In this document: piece by piece, positions 23,901-37,409 of the stretch | How positions within the stretch are numbered: the first letter of the stretch is position 1 | Layout: each line of letters starts with the position of its first letter | NCBI GenBank assembly: GCA_964016885.1 | Contig: OZ024749.1 | Span: forward strand, 21,328,001-21,392,000 | Source of the DNA: Eledone cirrhosa | Taxonomy: Eukaryota | Length of the DNA stretch: 64,000 nucleotides | Direction of reading: 5' to 3' | Made by a program: the position numbers and the translations under genes | Notes under the pieces: generated by a model | The model's database searches: none | Told to the model about the DNA's origin: nothing | The model's input: the letters and a program-made list of their open reading frames with translations, nothing else

Positions 23901-24803
23901 AGATTTTTTTCATTTTTTCGATTTTTTCAATTTTTCCATTTTTTCAAATTTTTTCAGTATTTCATTTTTAAATTTTTTTAAGATTTTTTCATTTTTTCTT
24001 GTTTGGGATTTTTCCATTTTTTCATTTCAATATTTTAGCGTTAGGGTTAGGGGTATGAATTGGGTTAGTGTTTAGGGTTGAGGGTTTAGGGTTATGGTTA
24101 GGGTTAGGGTTAGGTTTAGTGTTAGGGTTAGGGTTAGTGTTAGCGTTAGTGTTAGGGTTAGGGTTAGGGTAGGGTTAGCGTTAAGGTTAGGGTTAGGGTT
24201 AGGGTTAGGGTTCCGGTTACGGTTAGGGTTAGGGTTAGGATTTAGGGTTAGGGTTAGGGTTAGGATTAGGGTTATGGTTAGGGTTAGAGTTAGGGTTAGG
24301 TTTAGTGTTAGGGTTAGGGTTAGGGTTAGGGTTAGGATTAGCGTTAATGTTTAGGATTTAGGGTTTAGGGTTAGGGCTAGGGTTAGGGTTAGAGTTAGGG
24401 TTACGGTTAGGGTTTCTTTTTTTCATTTTTTCGATTTTTTCATTTTTCGATTTTTTTCTCTTTTCTATATTTTTAGATTTTTTCATCTTTTCGATTTTTT
24501 CAATTTTTCGATTTTTTCAAATTTTTTCAGTATTTCATTTTTAAATTTTTTTTCAGATTATTTCATTTTTTCTTTGGGATTTTTCCATTTTTTCATTTCA
24601 ATATTTTAGCGTTAGGGTTAGGGGTATGAATTGGGTTAGTGTTTAGGGTTGAGGGTTTAGGGTTATGGTTAGGGTTAGGGTTAGGTTTAGTGTTAGGGTT
24701 AGGGTTAGCGTTAGGGTTAGGGTGTTGGATTTAGGGTTTAGGTTTAGGGTTATGGTTAGGTTCAGGGTTAATGCTAGTGTTTGTGTTACGGTTAGAGTTA
24801 CGT

Positions 24804-24837
<34 letters not shown>

Positions 24838-25081
24838 CGTTTATTCATTTTTTGGATTTTTTCACTTTTTCGATCTTTCATTTCTTCATTTTCTCATTTT
24901 CTCATTTTCTCATTTTTTAGCGTTAGGGTTATGGGTAAGGTTAGCATTAGGGTTAGGGTTAAGTTTAGGGTTAGGGTTAGGGTTAGGGTTAGGGTTAGGG
25001 TTAGTGTTAGTGTTTCGGTTAGAGTTAGGGTTAGGGTTTAGGGTTAGGTTAAGGGTAATGGTTAGGGTTAGGGTTAGGGTT
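19311..25081 (+). repeat. Higher-order repeat family H1, copy 1 (~5.77 kb)
   Basis: Anchor TTAAGGGTAATGG at ~19,414 / 25,185 / 31,617. ORF triplets 20265/26006/32454, 21694/27447/33876 and 23050/28629/35058. Confidence 0.88.
22599..22808 (+). repeat. Perfect (TTAGGG)35 tract, the longest uninterrupted canonical telomeric run in the window
   Basis: 210 bp counted exactly, between ...AGGATTTAGGGT and TTACGGTTAGGG; corresponds to the (NP)n minus-strand ORF 22592..22834. Confidence 0.96.
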
Positions 25082-28000
25082 AGGGTTTAGGATTTAGGGT
25101 TTAGGTTTAGGGTTATGGTTAGGGTTAGGGTTAAGGTTAGTGTTAGTGTTTCGGTTAGAGTTAGGGTTAGGGTTTAGGGTTAGGTTAAGGGTAATGGTTA
25201 GGGTTAGGATTAGGGTTAGTGTTAGTGTTACGGTTAGAGTTAGAGTTAGGATTAGGGTTTAGGGTTAGGGTTAGGGTTAGGTTTAGGGGTAGGGTTAGGT
25301 GTAAGGTTAGGGTTAGGGTTAGGGTTACGGTTTCGTTTTTTCATTTTTTCGATTTTTTCATTTTTCGATTTTTTTTTAGATTTTTTCATTTATTTCGAAT
25401 TTTCTTTTTTTCATTTTTTCGATTTTACGATTTTTTGATTTTTTCATTTTTGAACTATTTCATTTTTTCGAATTTTCGATTTTCTCGTATTTTTCATTTT
25501 ACCATTTTTACGATTTTTTTTTTTTCATTTCTTCATTTTCTCAATTTTTTAGCGTTAGGGTTATGTGTAAGGTTAGCGTTAAGGTTAGGGATAGGTTTAG
25601 GGTTAGGGTTAGGGTTAGGTTTAGGGTTAGGGTTAGGGTTAGGGTTAGGGTTAATGTTTAGGATTTAGGGTTTAGGGTTATGGTTAGGGTTAGGGTTAGG
25701 GTTAGGGTTAGTGTTAGTGTTAGTGTTGCGGTTACAGTTAGGGTTAGGGTTAGGATTTAGGGTTAGGGTTAGGGTTAGTTTTAATGTTTAGCGTTTTGGG
25801 TTAGGGTTAGGGCTAGGTTTAGGGTTAGGGTTAGGGTTAGGGTTAGGGTTAGGGTTAGGGTTAGGGTTAGGGTTTAGGATTTAGGGTTTAGGTTTAGGGT
25901 TATGGTTAGGGTTAGGGTTAAGGTTAGTGTTAGTGTTTCGGTTAGAGTTAGGGTTAGGGTTTAGGGTTAGGTTAAGGGTAATGGTTAGGGTTAGGATTAG
26001 GGTTAGTGTTAGTGTTACGGTTAGAGTTAGAGTTAGGATTAGGGTTTAGGGTTAGGGTTAGGGTTAGGTTTAGGGGTAGGGTTAGGTGTAGGGTTAGGGT
26101 TAAGTTTTTTCATTTTTTTTATTTTTTCACTTTTTCTATTTTTCGATTTTTTCATTTTTCGACTTTTTTACATTTTTTCATTTTATCCTTCTTTCGATTT
26201 TTTTCGATTTTTTCATTTCTTTCGAATTTTCTTTTTTTCGTTTTTTCGATTTTACGATTTTTTAGATTTTTTAATTTTTTCACTATTTCATTTTTTCGAA
26301 TATTCGATTTTCTCGTTTTTTTCATTTTACCATATTTTCTATTTTTTCTATTTTTTCTATTTTTCGATTTTTCGATTTTTTCATTTTTTCATTTTCTCAA
26401 TTTTTTAGCGTTAGGGTTATGTGTAAGGTTAGCGTTAAGATTAGGAATAGGTTTAGGGTGTAGGATTTAGGGTTTAGGTTTAGGGTGTAGGATTTAGGGT
26501 TTAGGTTTTAGGGTTAGGGTTAGGGTTAGGGTTTAGGATTTAGTGTTTAGGTTTAGGGTTATGGTTAGGGTTAGGTTTAAGGTTAGTGTTAGTGTTTCGG
26601 TTAGAGTTAGGGTTATGGTTAGGGTTTTGGGTTAGGGGTAGGGTTAGGGTTACGGTTTCGTTTTTTCATTTTTTCGATTTTTTCATTTTTCGATTTTTTT
26701 AGATTTTTTCATTTATTTAGAATTTTCTTTTTTTCATTTTTTCGATTTTACGATTTTTTTGATTTTTTCATTTTTTAACTATTTCATTTTTTCGAATTTT
26801 CGATTTTCTCGTATTTTTCATTTTACCATTTTTTCGATTTTTTTTTTTTCATTTCTTCATTTTCTCAATTTTTTAGCGTTAGGGTTATGTGTAAGGTTAG
26901 CGTTAAGGTTAGGGATAGGTTTAGGGTTAGGGTTAGGTTTAGGTTTAGGGTTAGGGTTAGGGTTAGGGTTAATGTTTAGGATTTAGGGTTTAGGGTTATG
27001 GTTAGGGTTAGGGTTAGGGTTAGGGTTAGTGTTAGTGTTAGTGTTGCGGTTACAGTTAGGGTTAGGGTTAGGATTTAGGGTTAGGGTTAGGGTTAGGATT
27101 AATGTTTAGCGTTTTGGGTTAGGGTTAGGGTTAGGGTTAGGGTTAGGTTTAGTGTTAGATTTAGGGCTAGGTTTTGGGTTAGGGTTAGGGTTAGGGTTAG
27201 GGTTAGGGTTAGGGTTAGGGTTTAGGATTTAGGGTTTAGGTTTAGGGTTAGGGTTAGGGTTAGGGTTAGGGTTAGGGTTAGGGTTAGGTTTAGGGTTAGG
27301 GTTAGGGTTAGGGTTAGGGTTAATGTTTAGGATTTAGGATTTAGGGTTATGGTTAGTGTTAGGATTAGGGTTAGGGTTAGTGTTAGTGTTCCGGTTACAG
27401 TTAGGTTTAGGGTTAGGATGTAGGGTTAGGGTTAGGGTTAGGATTAATGTTTAGCGATTTGGGTTTAGGGTTAGGGTTAGGATTAGGTCTAGTGTTAGGG
27501 TTAGGGTTTAGGGTTAGTGTTAGGTGTAGGGTTAAATTTAGGGTTAGGGTTAGTGTTAGCGTTAGTGTTAGGGTTAGGGTTAGGGGTAGGGTTAGCGTTA
27601 AGGTTAGGGTTAGGTTTAGGGTTAGGATTAGGATTTAGGGTTAGGGTTAGGGTTATGGTTATGGTTAGGGTTAGGGTTAGGGTTAGGGTTCCGGTTACGG
27701 TTAGGGTTAGGGTTAGGGTTAGGATTAATGTTTAGGATTTAGGGTTTAGGGTTAGGGTTAGGGTTAGGATTAGTGTTAGTGTTTCGGTTACAGTTAGGAT
27801 TAGGGTGAGGGTTAGGGTTACGGTTTCGTTTTTTCATTTTTACGATTTTTTCATTTTTCGATTTTTTCATTTTTCGATTTTTGTCGATTTTTTCATTTTA
27901 TCCTTTCGATTTTTTCGATTTTTTAATTTCTTTCGAATTTTCTTTTTTTCATTTTTTTTATTTTACGATTTTTTCGATTTTTTCATTTTTTCACTATTTC

Positions 28001-30835
28001 ATTTCTTTGAATTTTAGATTTTCTCGTTTTTTTTCATTTTACCATTTTTTCGATTTTTTCTATTTTTTCTATTTTTCGATATTTTCGATATTTTCTTTTT
28101 TTCATTTTCTCAATTTGTTAGCGTTAGGGTTATGTGTAAGGTTAGCGTTAAGGTTAGGGATAGGTTTAGTGTTAGGGCTAGGGTTAGGGTTAGGGTTAGG
28201 GTTAGAGTTAGGATTAGCGTTAATGTTTAGGATTTAGGGTTTAGGGTTAGGGCTAGGGTTGGGGTTATGGTTAGGGTTAGGGTTAGCGTTAGGTTTAGTG
28301 TTAGGGTTAGGGTTTGGGTTAGGATTTGCGTTAATGTTTAGGATTTAGGGTTTAGGGTTAGGGCTAGGGTTAGGGTTAGGGTTAGGGTTACGGTTAGGGT
28401 TTCTTTTTTTCATTTTTTCGATTTTTTCATTTTTCGATTTTTTTCATTTTTCTATTTTTTTAGATTTTTTTCATTTTTTCGATTTTTTCAATTTTTCCAT
28501 TTTTTCAAATTTTTTCAGTATTTCATTTTTAAATTTTTTTTAGATTTTCTCATTTTTTCTTGTTTGGGATTTTTCCATTTTTTCATTTCAATATTTTAGC
28601 GTTAGGGTTAGGGGTATGAATTGGGTTAGTGTTTAGGGTTGAGGGTTTAGGGTTATGGTTAGGGTTAGGTTTAGTGTTAGGGTTAGGGTTAGTGTTAGCG
28701 TTAGTGTTAGGGTTAGGGTTAGCGTTAGGGTTAGGATTAGGATTTAGGGTTAGGGTTAGGGTTAGGGTTATGGTTAGGGTTAGGGTTAGGGTTAGGGTTA
28801 GGGTTAGGGTTAGGGTTAGGGTTCCGGTTACGGTTAGGGTTACGGTTACAGTTAGGATTAGGGTTAGGGTTAGGGTTAGGGTTAGGGTTAGGGTTAGGGT
28901 TAGGGTTAGGGTTAGTGTTAGTGTTACGGTTACAGTTAGGATTAGGGTTAGGGTTAGGGTTACGGTTTCGTTTTTTAATTTTTACTATTTTTTCATTTTT
29001 CGATTTTTTCATTTTTCGATTTTTGTCGATTTTTTCATTTTATCCTTCCTTCGATTTTTTCGATTTTTTAATTTCTTTCGAATTTTCATTTTTTTAATTT
29101 TCTCAATTTTTTAGCGTTAGGATTATGTATAAGGTTAGCGTTAAGGTTAGGGATAGGTTTAGTGTTAGGGCTAGGGTTAGGGTTAGGGTTAGGGTTAGGA
29201 TTAGCGTTAATGTTTAGGATTTAGGGTTTAGGGTTAGGGCTAGGGTTAGGGTTATGGTTAGGGTTAGGGTTAGGGTTAGGTTTAGTGTTAGGGTTAGTGT
29301 TAGGGTTAGGGTTAGGATTAGTGTTAGGTTTAGTGTTAGGGCTAGGGTTAGGGTTAGGGTTAGGGTTAGGATTAGCGTTAATGTTTAGGATTTAGGGTTT
29401 AGGGTTAGGGCTAGGGTTAGGGTTAGGGTTAGTGTTACGGTCAGGGTTTCTTTTTTTCATTTTTTCGATTTTTTCATTTTTCGATTTTTTTCATTTTATA
29501 TTTTTTTAGATTTTTTTCATTTTTTCGATTTTTTCAATTTTTCCATTTTTTCAAATTTTTTCAGTATTTCATTTTTAAATTTTTTTTAGATTTTTTCATT
29601 TTTTCTTGTTTGGGATTTTTCCATTTTTTCATTTCAATATTTTAGCGTTAGGGTTAGGGGTATGAATTGGGTTAGTGTTTAGGGTTGAGGGTTTAGGGTT
29701 ATGGTTAGGGTTAGGGTTAGGTTTAGTGTTAGGGTTAGGGTTAGTGTTAGCGTTAGTGTTAGGGTTAGGGTTAGGGTAGGGTTAGCGTTAAGGTTAGGGT
29801 TAGGGTTAGGGTTAGGGTTCCGGTTACGGTTAGGGTTAGGGTTAGGATTTAGGGTTAGGGTTAGGGTTAGGATTAATGTTTAGGATTTAGGGTTTAGGGT
29901 TAGGGTTAGGGTTAGGGTTAGGGTTAGGGTTAGTGTTAGTGTTACGGTTACAGTTAGGATTAGGGTTAGGGTTAGGGTTACGGTTTCGTTTTTTCATTTT
30001 TATGATTTTTTCAATTTTCAATTTTTTCATTTTTCGATTTTTGTCGATTTTTTCATTTTATCCTTCTTTCGATTTTTTCGATTTTTTAATTTCTTTCGAA
30101 TTTTCATTTTTTCATTTTTTCGATTTTACGATTTTTTCGATTTTTTCATTTTTTCACTATTTCATTTCTTCGAATTTTCGATTTTCTCGTTTTTTTCATT
30201 TTACCGTCTTTTCGATTTTTTCTATTTTTTCTATTTTTCGATATTTTCGATTTTTTCATTTTTTCATTTTCTCAATTTTTTAGCGTTAGGGTTATGTGTA
30301 AGGTTAGCGTTAAGGTTAGGGATAGGTTTAGTGTTAGGGCTAGGGTTAGGGTTAGGGTTAGGGTTAGGATTAGCGTTAATGTTTAGGATTTAGGGTTTAG
30401 GGTTAGGGCTAGGGTTAGGGTTAGAGTTAGGGTTACGGTTAGGGTTTCTTTTTTTCATTTTTTCGATTTTTTCATTTTTCGATTTTTTTCTCTTTTCTAT
30501 ATTTTTAGATTTTTTCATTTTTTCGATTTTTTCAATTTTTCGATTTTTTCAAATTTTTTCAGTATTTCATTTTTAAATTTTTTTTCAGATTATTTCATTT
30601 TTTCTTTGGGATTTTTCCATTTTTTCATTTCAATATTTTAGCGTTAGGGTTAGGGGTATGAATTGGGTTAGTGTTTAGGGTTGAGGGTTTAGGGTTATGG
30701 TTAGGGTTAGGGTTAGGTTTAGTGTTAGGGTTAGGGTTAGCGTTAGGGTTAGGGTGTTGGATTTAGGGTTTAGGTTTAGGGTTATGGTTAGGTTCAGGGT
30801 TAATGTTAGTGTTTGTGTTACGGTTAGAGTTACGT

Positions 30836-30869
<34 letters not shown>

Positions 30870-31167
30870 CGTTTATTCATTTTTTGGATTTTTTCACTTT
30901 TTCGATCTTTCATTTCTTCATTTTCTCATTTTCTCATTTTCTCATTTTTTAGCGTTAGGGTTATGGGTAAGGTTAGCATTAGGGTTAGGGTTAAGTTTAG
31001 GGTTAGGGTTAGGGTTAGGGTTAGGGTTAGGGTTAGTGTTAGTGTTCCGATTCAAGTTAGGGTTAGGGTTAGGATTTAGGGTTATGGTTAGGGTTAGGAT
31101 AAATGTTTAGCGTTTTGGGTTTAGGGTTAGGGTTAGGATTAGGGTTAGGGTTAGGGTTAGGTCTAGT

Positions 31168-31199
<32 letters not shown>

Positions 31200-31513
31200 G
31201 TAGGGTTAAGTTTAGGGTTAGGGTTAGGGTTAGGGTTAGCGTTAGGGTTAGGGTTAGGGTTAGGGGTAGGGTTAGCGTTAAGTTTAGGGTTAGGGTTAGG
31301 GTTAGGGTTAGGGTTAGGGTTAGGATTAGGATTTAGGGTTAGGGTTATGTTTAGGGTTAAGGTTTTTTCAATTTTACGATTTTTTCATTATTTCAATTTT
31401 TTTGCGTTAGGGTTAGGGGTATGGATAGGGTTAGTGTTTAGGGTTTAGGGTTTAGGGTTATGGTTAGGGTTAGGGTTAGGTTTAGTGTTAGGTTTAGGGT
31501 TAGGGTTAGGGTT
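25082..31513 (+). repeat. Higher-order repeat family H1, copy 2 (~6.43 kb)
   Basis: Same anchors as copy 1; also ORF pairs 29933/35615 and 31103/36904 with copy 3; (CATTTTCT)3 marker at 24887/30919/36726. Confidence 0.88.
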
Positions 31514-34500
31514 AGGGTTTAGGATTTAGGGTTTAGGTTTAGGGTTATGGTTAGGGTTAGGGTTAAGGTTAGTGTTAGTGTTTCGGTTAGAGTTAGGGTT
31601 AGGGTTTAGGGTTAGGTTAAGGGTAATGGTTAGGATTAGGGTTAGTGTTAGTGTTACGGTTAGAGTTAGAGTTAGGATTAGGGTTTAGGGTTAGGGTTAG
31701 GGTTAGGTTTAGGGGTAGGGTTAGGTGTAAGGTTAGGGTTAGGGTTAGGGTTACGGTTTCGTTTTTTCATTTTTTCGATTTTTTCATTTTTCGATTTTTT
31801 TAGATTTTTTCATTTATTTCGAATTTTCTTTTTTTCATTTTTTCGATTTTACGATTTTTTGATTTTTTCATTTTTGAACTATTTCATTTTTTCGAATTTT
31901 CGATTTTTCTCGTATTTTTCATTTTACCATTTTTTCGATTTTTTTTTTTCATTTCTTCATTTTCTCAATTTTTTAGCGTTAGGGTTATGTGTAAGGTTTG
32001 CGTTAAGGTTAGGGATAGGTTTAGGGTTAGGGTTAGGGTTAGGTTTAGGGTTAGGGTTAGGGTTAGGGTTAGGGTTAATGTTTAGGATTTAGGGTTTAGG
32101 GTTATGGTTAGGGTTAGGGTTAGGGTTAGTGTTAGTGTTAGTGTTGTGGTTACAGTTAGGGTTAGGGTTAGGATTTAGGGTTAGGGTTAGGGTTAGTTTT
32201 AATGTTTAGCGTTTTGGGTTAGGGTTAGGGTTAGGGTTAGGGTTAGGTTTAGTGTTAGATTTAGGGCTAGGTTTAGGGTTAGGGTTAGGGTTAGGGTTAG
32301 GGTTAGGGTTAGGGTTAGGGTTTAGGATTTAGGGTTTAGGTTTACGGTTATGGTTAGGGTTAGGGTTAAGGTTAGTGTTAGTGTTTCGGTTAGAGTTAGG
32401 GTTAGGGTTTAGGGTTAGGTTAAGGGTAATGGTTAGGGTTAGGATTAGGGTTAGTGTTAGTGTTACGGTTAGAGTTAGAGTTAGGATTAGGGTTTAGGGT
32501 TAGGGTTAGGGTTAGGTTTAGGGGTAGGGTTAGGTGTAGGGTTAGGGTTAAGTTTTTTCATTTTTTTTATTTTTTCACTTTTTCTATTTTTCGATTTTTT
32601 CATTTTTCGACTTTTTTACATTTTTTCATTTTATCCTTCTTTCGATTTTTTTCGATTTTTTCATTTCTTTCGAATCTTCTTTTTTTCGTTTTTTCGATTT
32701 TACGATTTTTTAGATTTTTTAATTTTTTCACTATTTCATTTTTTCGAATATTCGATTTTCTCGTTTTTTTCATTTTACCATATTTTCTATTTTTTCTATT
32801 TTTTCTATTTTTCGATTTTTCGATTTTTTCATTTTTTCATTTTCTCAATTTTTTAGCGTTAGGGTTATGTGTAAGGTTAGCGTTAAGATTAGGAATAGGT
32901 TTAGGGTGTAGGATTTAGGGTTTAGGTTTAGGGTGTAGGATTTAGGGTTTAGGTTTAGGGTTAGGGTTAGGGTTAGGGTTTAGGATTTAGTGTTTAGGTT
33001 TAGGGTTATGGTTAGGGTTAGGTTTAAGGTTAGTGTTAGTGTTTCGGTTAGTGTTAGGGTTATGGTTAGGGTTTAGGGTTAGGGTTACGGTTTCGTTTTT
33101 TCATTTTTTCGATTTTTTCATTTTTCGATTTTTTTCGATTTTTTCATTTATTTAGAATTTTCTTTTTTTCATTTTTTCGATTTTACGATTTTTTTGATTT
33201 TTTCATTTTTTAACTATCTCATTTTTTCGAATTTTCGATTTTCTCGTATTTTTCATTTTACCATTTTTTCGATTTTTTTTTTTTCATTTCTTCATTTTCT
33301 CAATTTTTTAGCGTTAGGGTTATGTGTAAGGTTAGCGTTAAGGTTAGGGATAGGTTTAGGGTTAGGGTTAGGGTTAGGTTTAGGGTTAGGGTTAGGGTTA
33401 GGGTTAATGTTTAGGATTTAGGGTTTAGGGTTATGGTTAGGGTTAGGTTTAGGGTTAGGGTTAGTGTTAGTGTTAGTGTTGCGGTTACAGTTAGGGTTAG
33501 GGTTAGGATTTAGGGTTAGGGTTAGGGTTAGGATTAATGTTTAGCGTTTTGGGTTAGGGTTAGGGTTAGGGTTAGGGTTAGGTTTAGTGTTAGATTTAGG
33601 GCTAGGTTTTGGGTTAGGGTTAGGGTTAGGGTTAGGGTTAGGGTTAGGGTTAGGGTTTAGGATTTAGGGTTTAGGTTTAGGGTTAGGGTTAGGGTTAGGG
33701 TTAGGGTTAGGGTTAGGTTTAGGGTTAGGGTTAGGGTTAGGGTTAGGGTTAATGTTTAGGATTTAGGATTTAGGGTTATGGTTAGTGTTAGGATTAGGGT
33801 TAGGGTTAGTGTTAGTGTTCCGGTTACAGTTAGGTTTAGGGTTAGGATGTAGGGTTAGGGTTAGGGTTAGGATTAATGTTTAGCGATTTGGGTTTAGGGT
33901 TAGGGTTAGGATTAGGTCTAGTGTTAGGGTTAGGGTTTAGGGTTAGTGTTAGGTGTAGGGTTAAATTTAGGGTTAGGGTTAGTGTTAGCGTTAGTGTTAG
34001 GGTTAGGGTTAGGGGTAGGGTTAGCGTTAAGGTTAGGGTTAGGGTTAGGGTTAGGATTAGGATTTAGGGTTAGGGTTAGGGTTATGGTTAGGGTTAGAGT
34101 TAGGGTTAGGGTTAGGGTTCCGGTTACGGTTAGGGTTAGGGTTAGGGTTAGGATTAATGTTTAGGATTTAGGGTTTAGGGTTAGGGTTAGGGTTAGGGTT
34201 AGTGTTAGTGTTTCGGTTACAGTTAGGATTAGGGTGAGGGTTAGGGTTACGGTTTCATTTTTTCATTTTTACGATTTTTTCATTTTTCGATTTTTTCATT
34301 TTTCGATTCTTGTCGATTTTTTCATTTTATCCTTTCGATTTTTTCGATTTTTTAATTTCTTTCGAATTTTCTTTTTTTCATTTTTTTTATTTTACGATTT
34401 TTTCGATTTTTTCATTTTTTCACTATTTCATTTCTTTGAATTTTCGATTTTCTCGTTTTTTTTCATTTTACCATTTTTTCGATTTTTTCTATTTTTTCTA

Positions 34501-36642
34501 TTTTTCGATATTTTCGATATTTTCTTTTTTTCATTTTCTCAATTTGTTAGCGTTAGGGTTATGTGTAAGGTTAGCGTTAAGGTTAGGGATAGGTTTAGTG
34601 TTAGGGCTAGGGTTAGGGTTAGGGTTAGGGTTAGAGTTAGGATTAGCGTTAATGTTTAGGATTTAGGGTTTAGGGTTAGGGCTAGGGTTGGGGTTATGGT
34701 TAGGGTTAGGGTTAGCGTTAGGTTTAGTGTTAGGGTTAGGGTTTGGGTTAGGATTTGCGTTAATGTTTAGGATTTAGGGTTTAGGGTTAGGGCTAGGGTT
34801 AGGGTTAGGGTTAGGGTTACGGTTAGGGTTTCTTTTTTTCATTTTTTCGATTTTTTCATTTTTCGATTTTTTTCATTTTTCTATTTTTTTAGATTTTTTT
34901 CATTTTTTCGATTTTTTCAATTTTTCCATTTTTTCAAATTTTTTCAGTATTTCATTTTAAAATTTTTTTTAGATTTTATCATTTTTTCTTGTTTGGGATT
35001 TTTCCATTTTTTCATTTCAATATTTTAGCGTTAGGGTTAGGGGTATGAATTGGGTTAGTGTTTAGGGTTGAGGGTTTAGGGTTATGGTTAGGGTTAGGTT
35101 TAGTGTTAGGGTTAGGGTTAGTGTTAGCGTTAGTGTTAGGGTTAGGGTTAGCGTTAGGGTTAGGATTAGGATTTAGGGTTAGTGTTACGGTTAGGGTTTC
35201 TTTTTTTCATTTTTTCGATTTTTTCATTTTTCGATTTTTTTCATTTTATATTTTTTTAGATTTTATCATTTTTTCTTGTTTGGGATTTTTCCATTTTTTC
35301 ATTTCAATATTTTAGCGTTAGGGTTAGGGGTATGAATTGGGTTAGTGTTTAGGGTTGAGGGTTTAGGGTTATGGTTAGGGTTAGGGTTAGGTTTAGTGTT
35401 AGGGTTAGGGTTAGTGTTAGCGTTAGTGTTAGGGTTAGGGTTAGGGTTAGGGTAGGGTTAGCGTTAAGGTTAGGGTTAGGGTTAGGGTTAGGGTTCCGGT
35501 TACGGTTAGGGTTAGGGTTAGGATTTAGGGTTAGGGTTAGGGTTAGGATTAATGTTTAGGATTTAGGGTTTAGGGTTAGGGTTAGGGTTAGGGTTAGGGT
35601 TAGGGTTAGGGTTAGTGTTAGTGTTACGGTTACAGTTAGGATTAGGGTTAGGGTTAGGGTTACGGTTTCGTTTTTTCATTTTTATGATTTTTTCAATTTT
35701 CAATTTTTTCATTTTTCGATTTTTGTCGATTTTTTCATTTTATCCTTCTTTCGATTTTTTCGATTTTTTAATTTCTTTCGAATTTTCATTTTTTCATTTT
35801 TTCGATTTTACGATTTTTTCGATTTTTTTCATTTTTTCACTATTTCATTTCTTCGAATTTTCGATTTTCTCGTTTTTTTTCATTTTACCATCTTTTCGAT
35901 TTTTTCTATTTTTTCTATTTTTCGATATTTTCGATTTTTTCATTTTTTCATTTTCTCAATTTTTTAGCGTTAGGGTTATGTGTAAGGTTAGCGTTAAGGT
36001 TAGGGATAGGTTTAGTGTTAGGGCTAGGGTTAGGGTTAGGGTTAGGGTTAGGGTTAGGATTAGCGTTAATGTTTAGGATTTAGGGTTTAGGGTTAGGGCT
36101 AGGGTTAGGGTTATGGTTAGGGTTAGAGTTAGGGTTAGGTTTAGTGTTAGGGTTAGGGTTAGGGTTAGGGTTAGGATTAGCGTTAATGTTTAGGATTTAG
36201 AGTTTAGGGTTAGGGCTAGGGTTAGGGTTAGAGTTAGGGTTACGGTTAGGGTTTCTTTTTTTCATTTTTTCGATTTTTTCATTTTTCGATTTTTTTCTCT
36301 TTTCTATATTTTTAGATTTTTTCATTTTTTCGATTTTTTCAATTTTTCGATTTTTTCAAATTTTTTCAGTATTTCATTTTTAAATTCTTTTTCAGATTAT
36401 TTCATTTTTTCTTTGGGATTTTTCCATTTTTTCATTTCAATATTTTAGCGTTAGGGTTAGGGGTATGAATTGGGTTAGTGTTTAGGGTTGAGGGTTTAGG
36501 GTTATGGTTAGGGTTAGGGTTAGGTTTAGTGTTAGGGTTAGGGTTAGCGTTAGGGTTAGGGTGTTGGATTTAGGGTTTAGGTTTAGGGTTATGGTTAGGT
36601 TCAGGGTTAATGCTAGTGTTTGTGTTACGGTTAGAGTTACGT

Positions 36643-36676
<34 letters not shown>

Positions 36677-36968
36677 CGTTTATTCATTTTTTGGATTTTT
36701 TCACTTTTTCGATCTTTCATTTCTTCATTTTCTCATTTTCTCATTTTCTCATTTTTTAGCGTTAGGGTTATGGGTAAGGTTAGCATTAGGGTTAGGGTTA
36801 AGTTTAGGGTTAGGGTTAGGGTTAGGGTTAGGGTTAGTGTTAGTGTTCCGATTCAAGTTAGGGTTAGGGTTAGGATTTAGGGTTATGGTTAGGGTTAGGA
36901 TAAATGTTTAGCGTTTTGGGTTTAGGGTTAGGGTTAGGATTAGGGTTAGGGTTAGGGTTAGGTCTAGT

Positions 36969-37000
<32 letters not shown>

Positions 37001-37297
37001 GTAGGGTTAAGTTTAGGGTTAGGGTTAGGGTTAGGGTTAGCGTTAGGGTTAGGGTTAGGGTTAGGGGTAGGGTTAGCGTTAAGTTTAGGGTTAGGGTTAG
37101 GGTTAGGGTTAGGGTTAGGGTTAGGATTAGGATTTAGGGTTAGGGTTATGTTTAGGGTTAAGGTTTTTTCAATATTACGATTTTTTCATTATTTCAATTT
37201 TTTTGCGTTAGGGTTAGGGGTATGGATAGGGTTAGTGTTTAGGGTTTAGGGTTTAGGGTTATGGTTAGGGTTAGGGTTAGGGTTAGGGTTAGGGTTA
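31514..37297 (+). repeat. Higher-order repeat family H1, copy 3 (~5.78 kb)
   Basis: Offset from copy 2 is ~6.43 kb up to ~35,170 and 5.67-5.80 kb after an internal deletion. Confidence 0.86.
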
Positions 37298-37375
37298 GGG
37301 TTTAGGATTTAGGGTTTAGGTTTAGGGTTATGGTTAGGGTTAATGTTAAGTTTAGTGTTAGTGTTTCGGTTAGAG

Positions 37376-37409
<34 letters not shown>

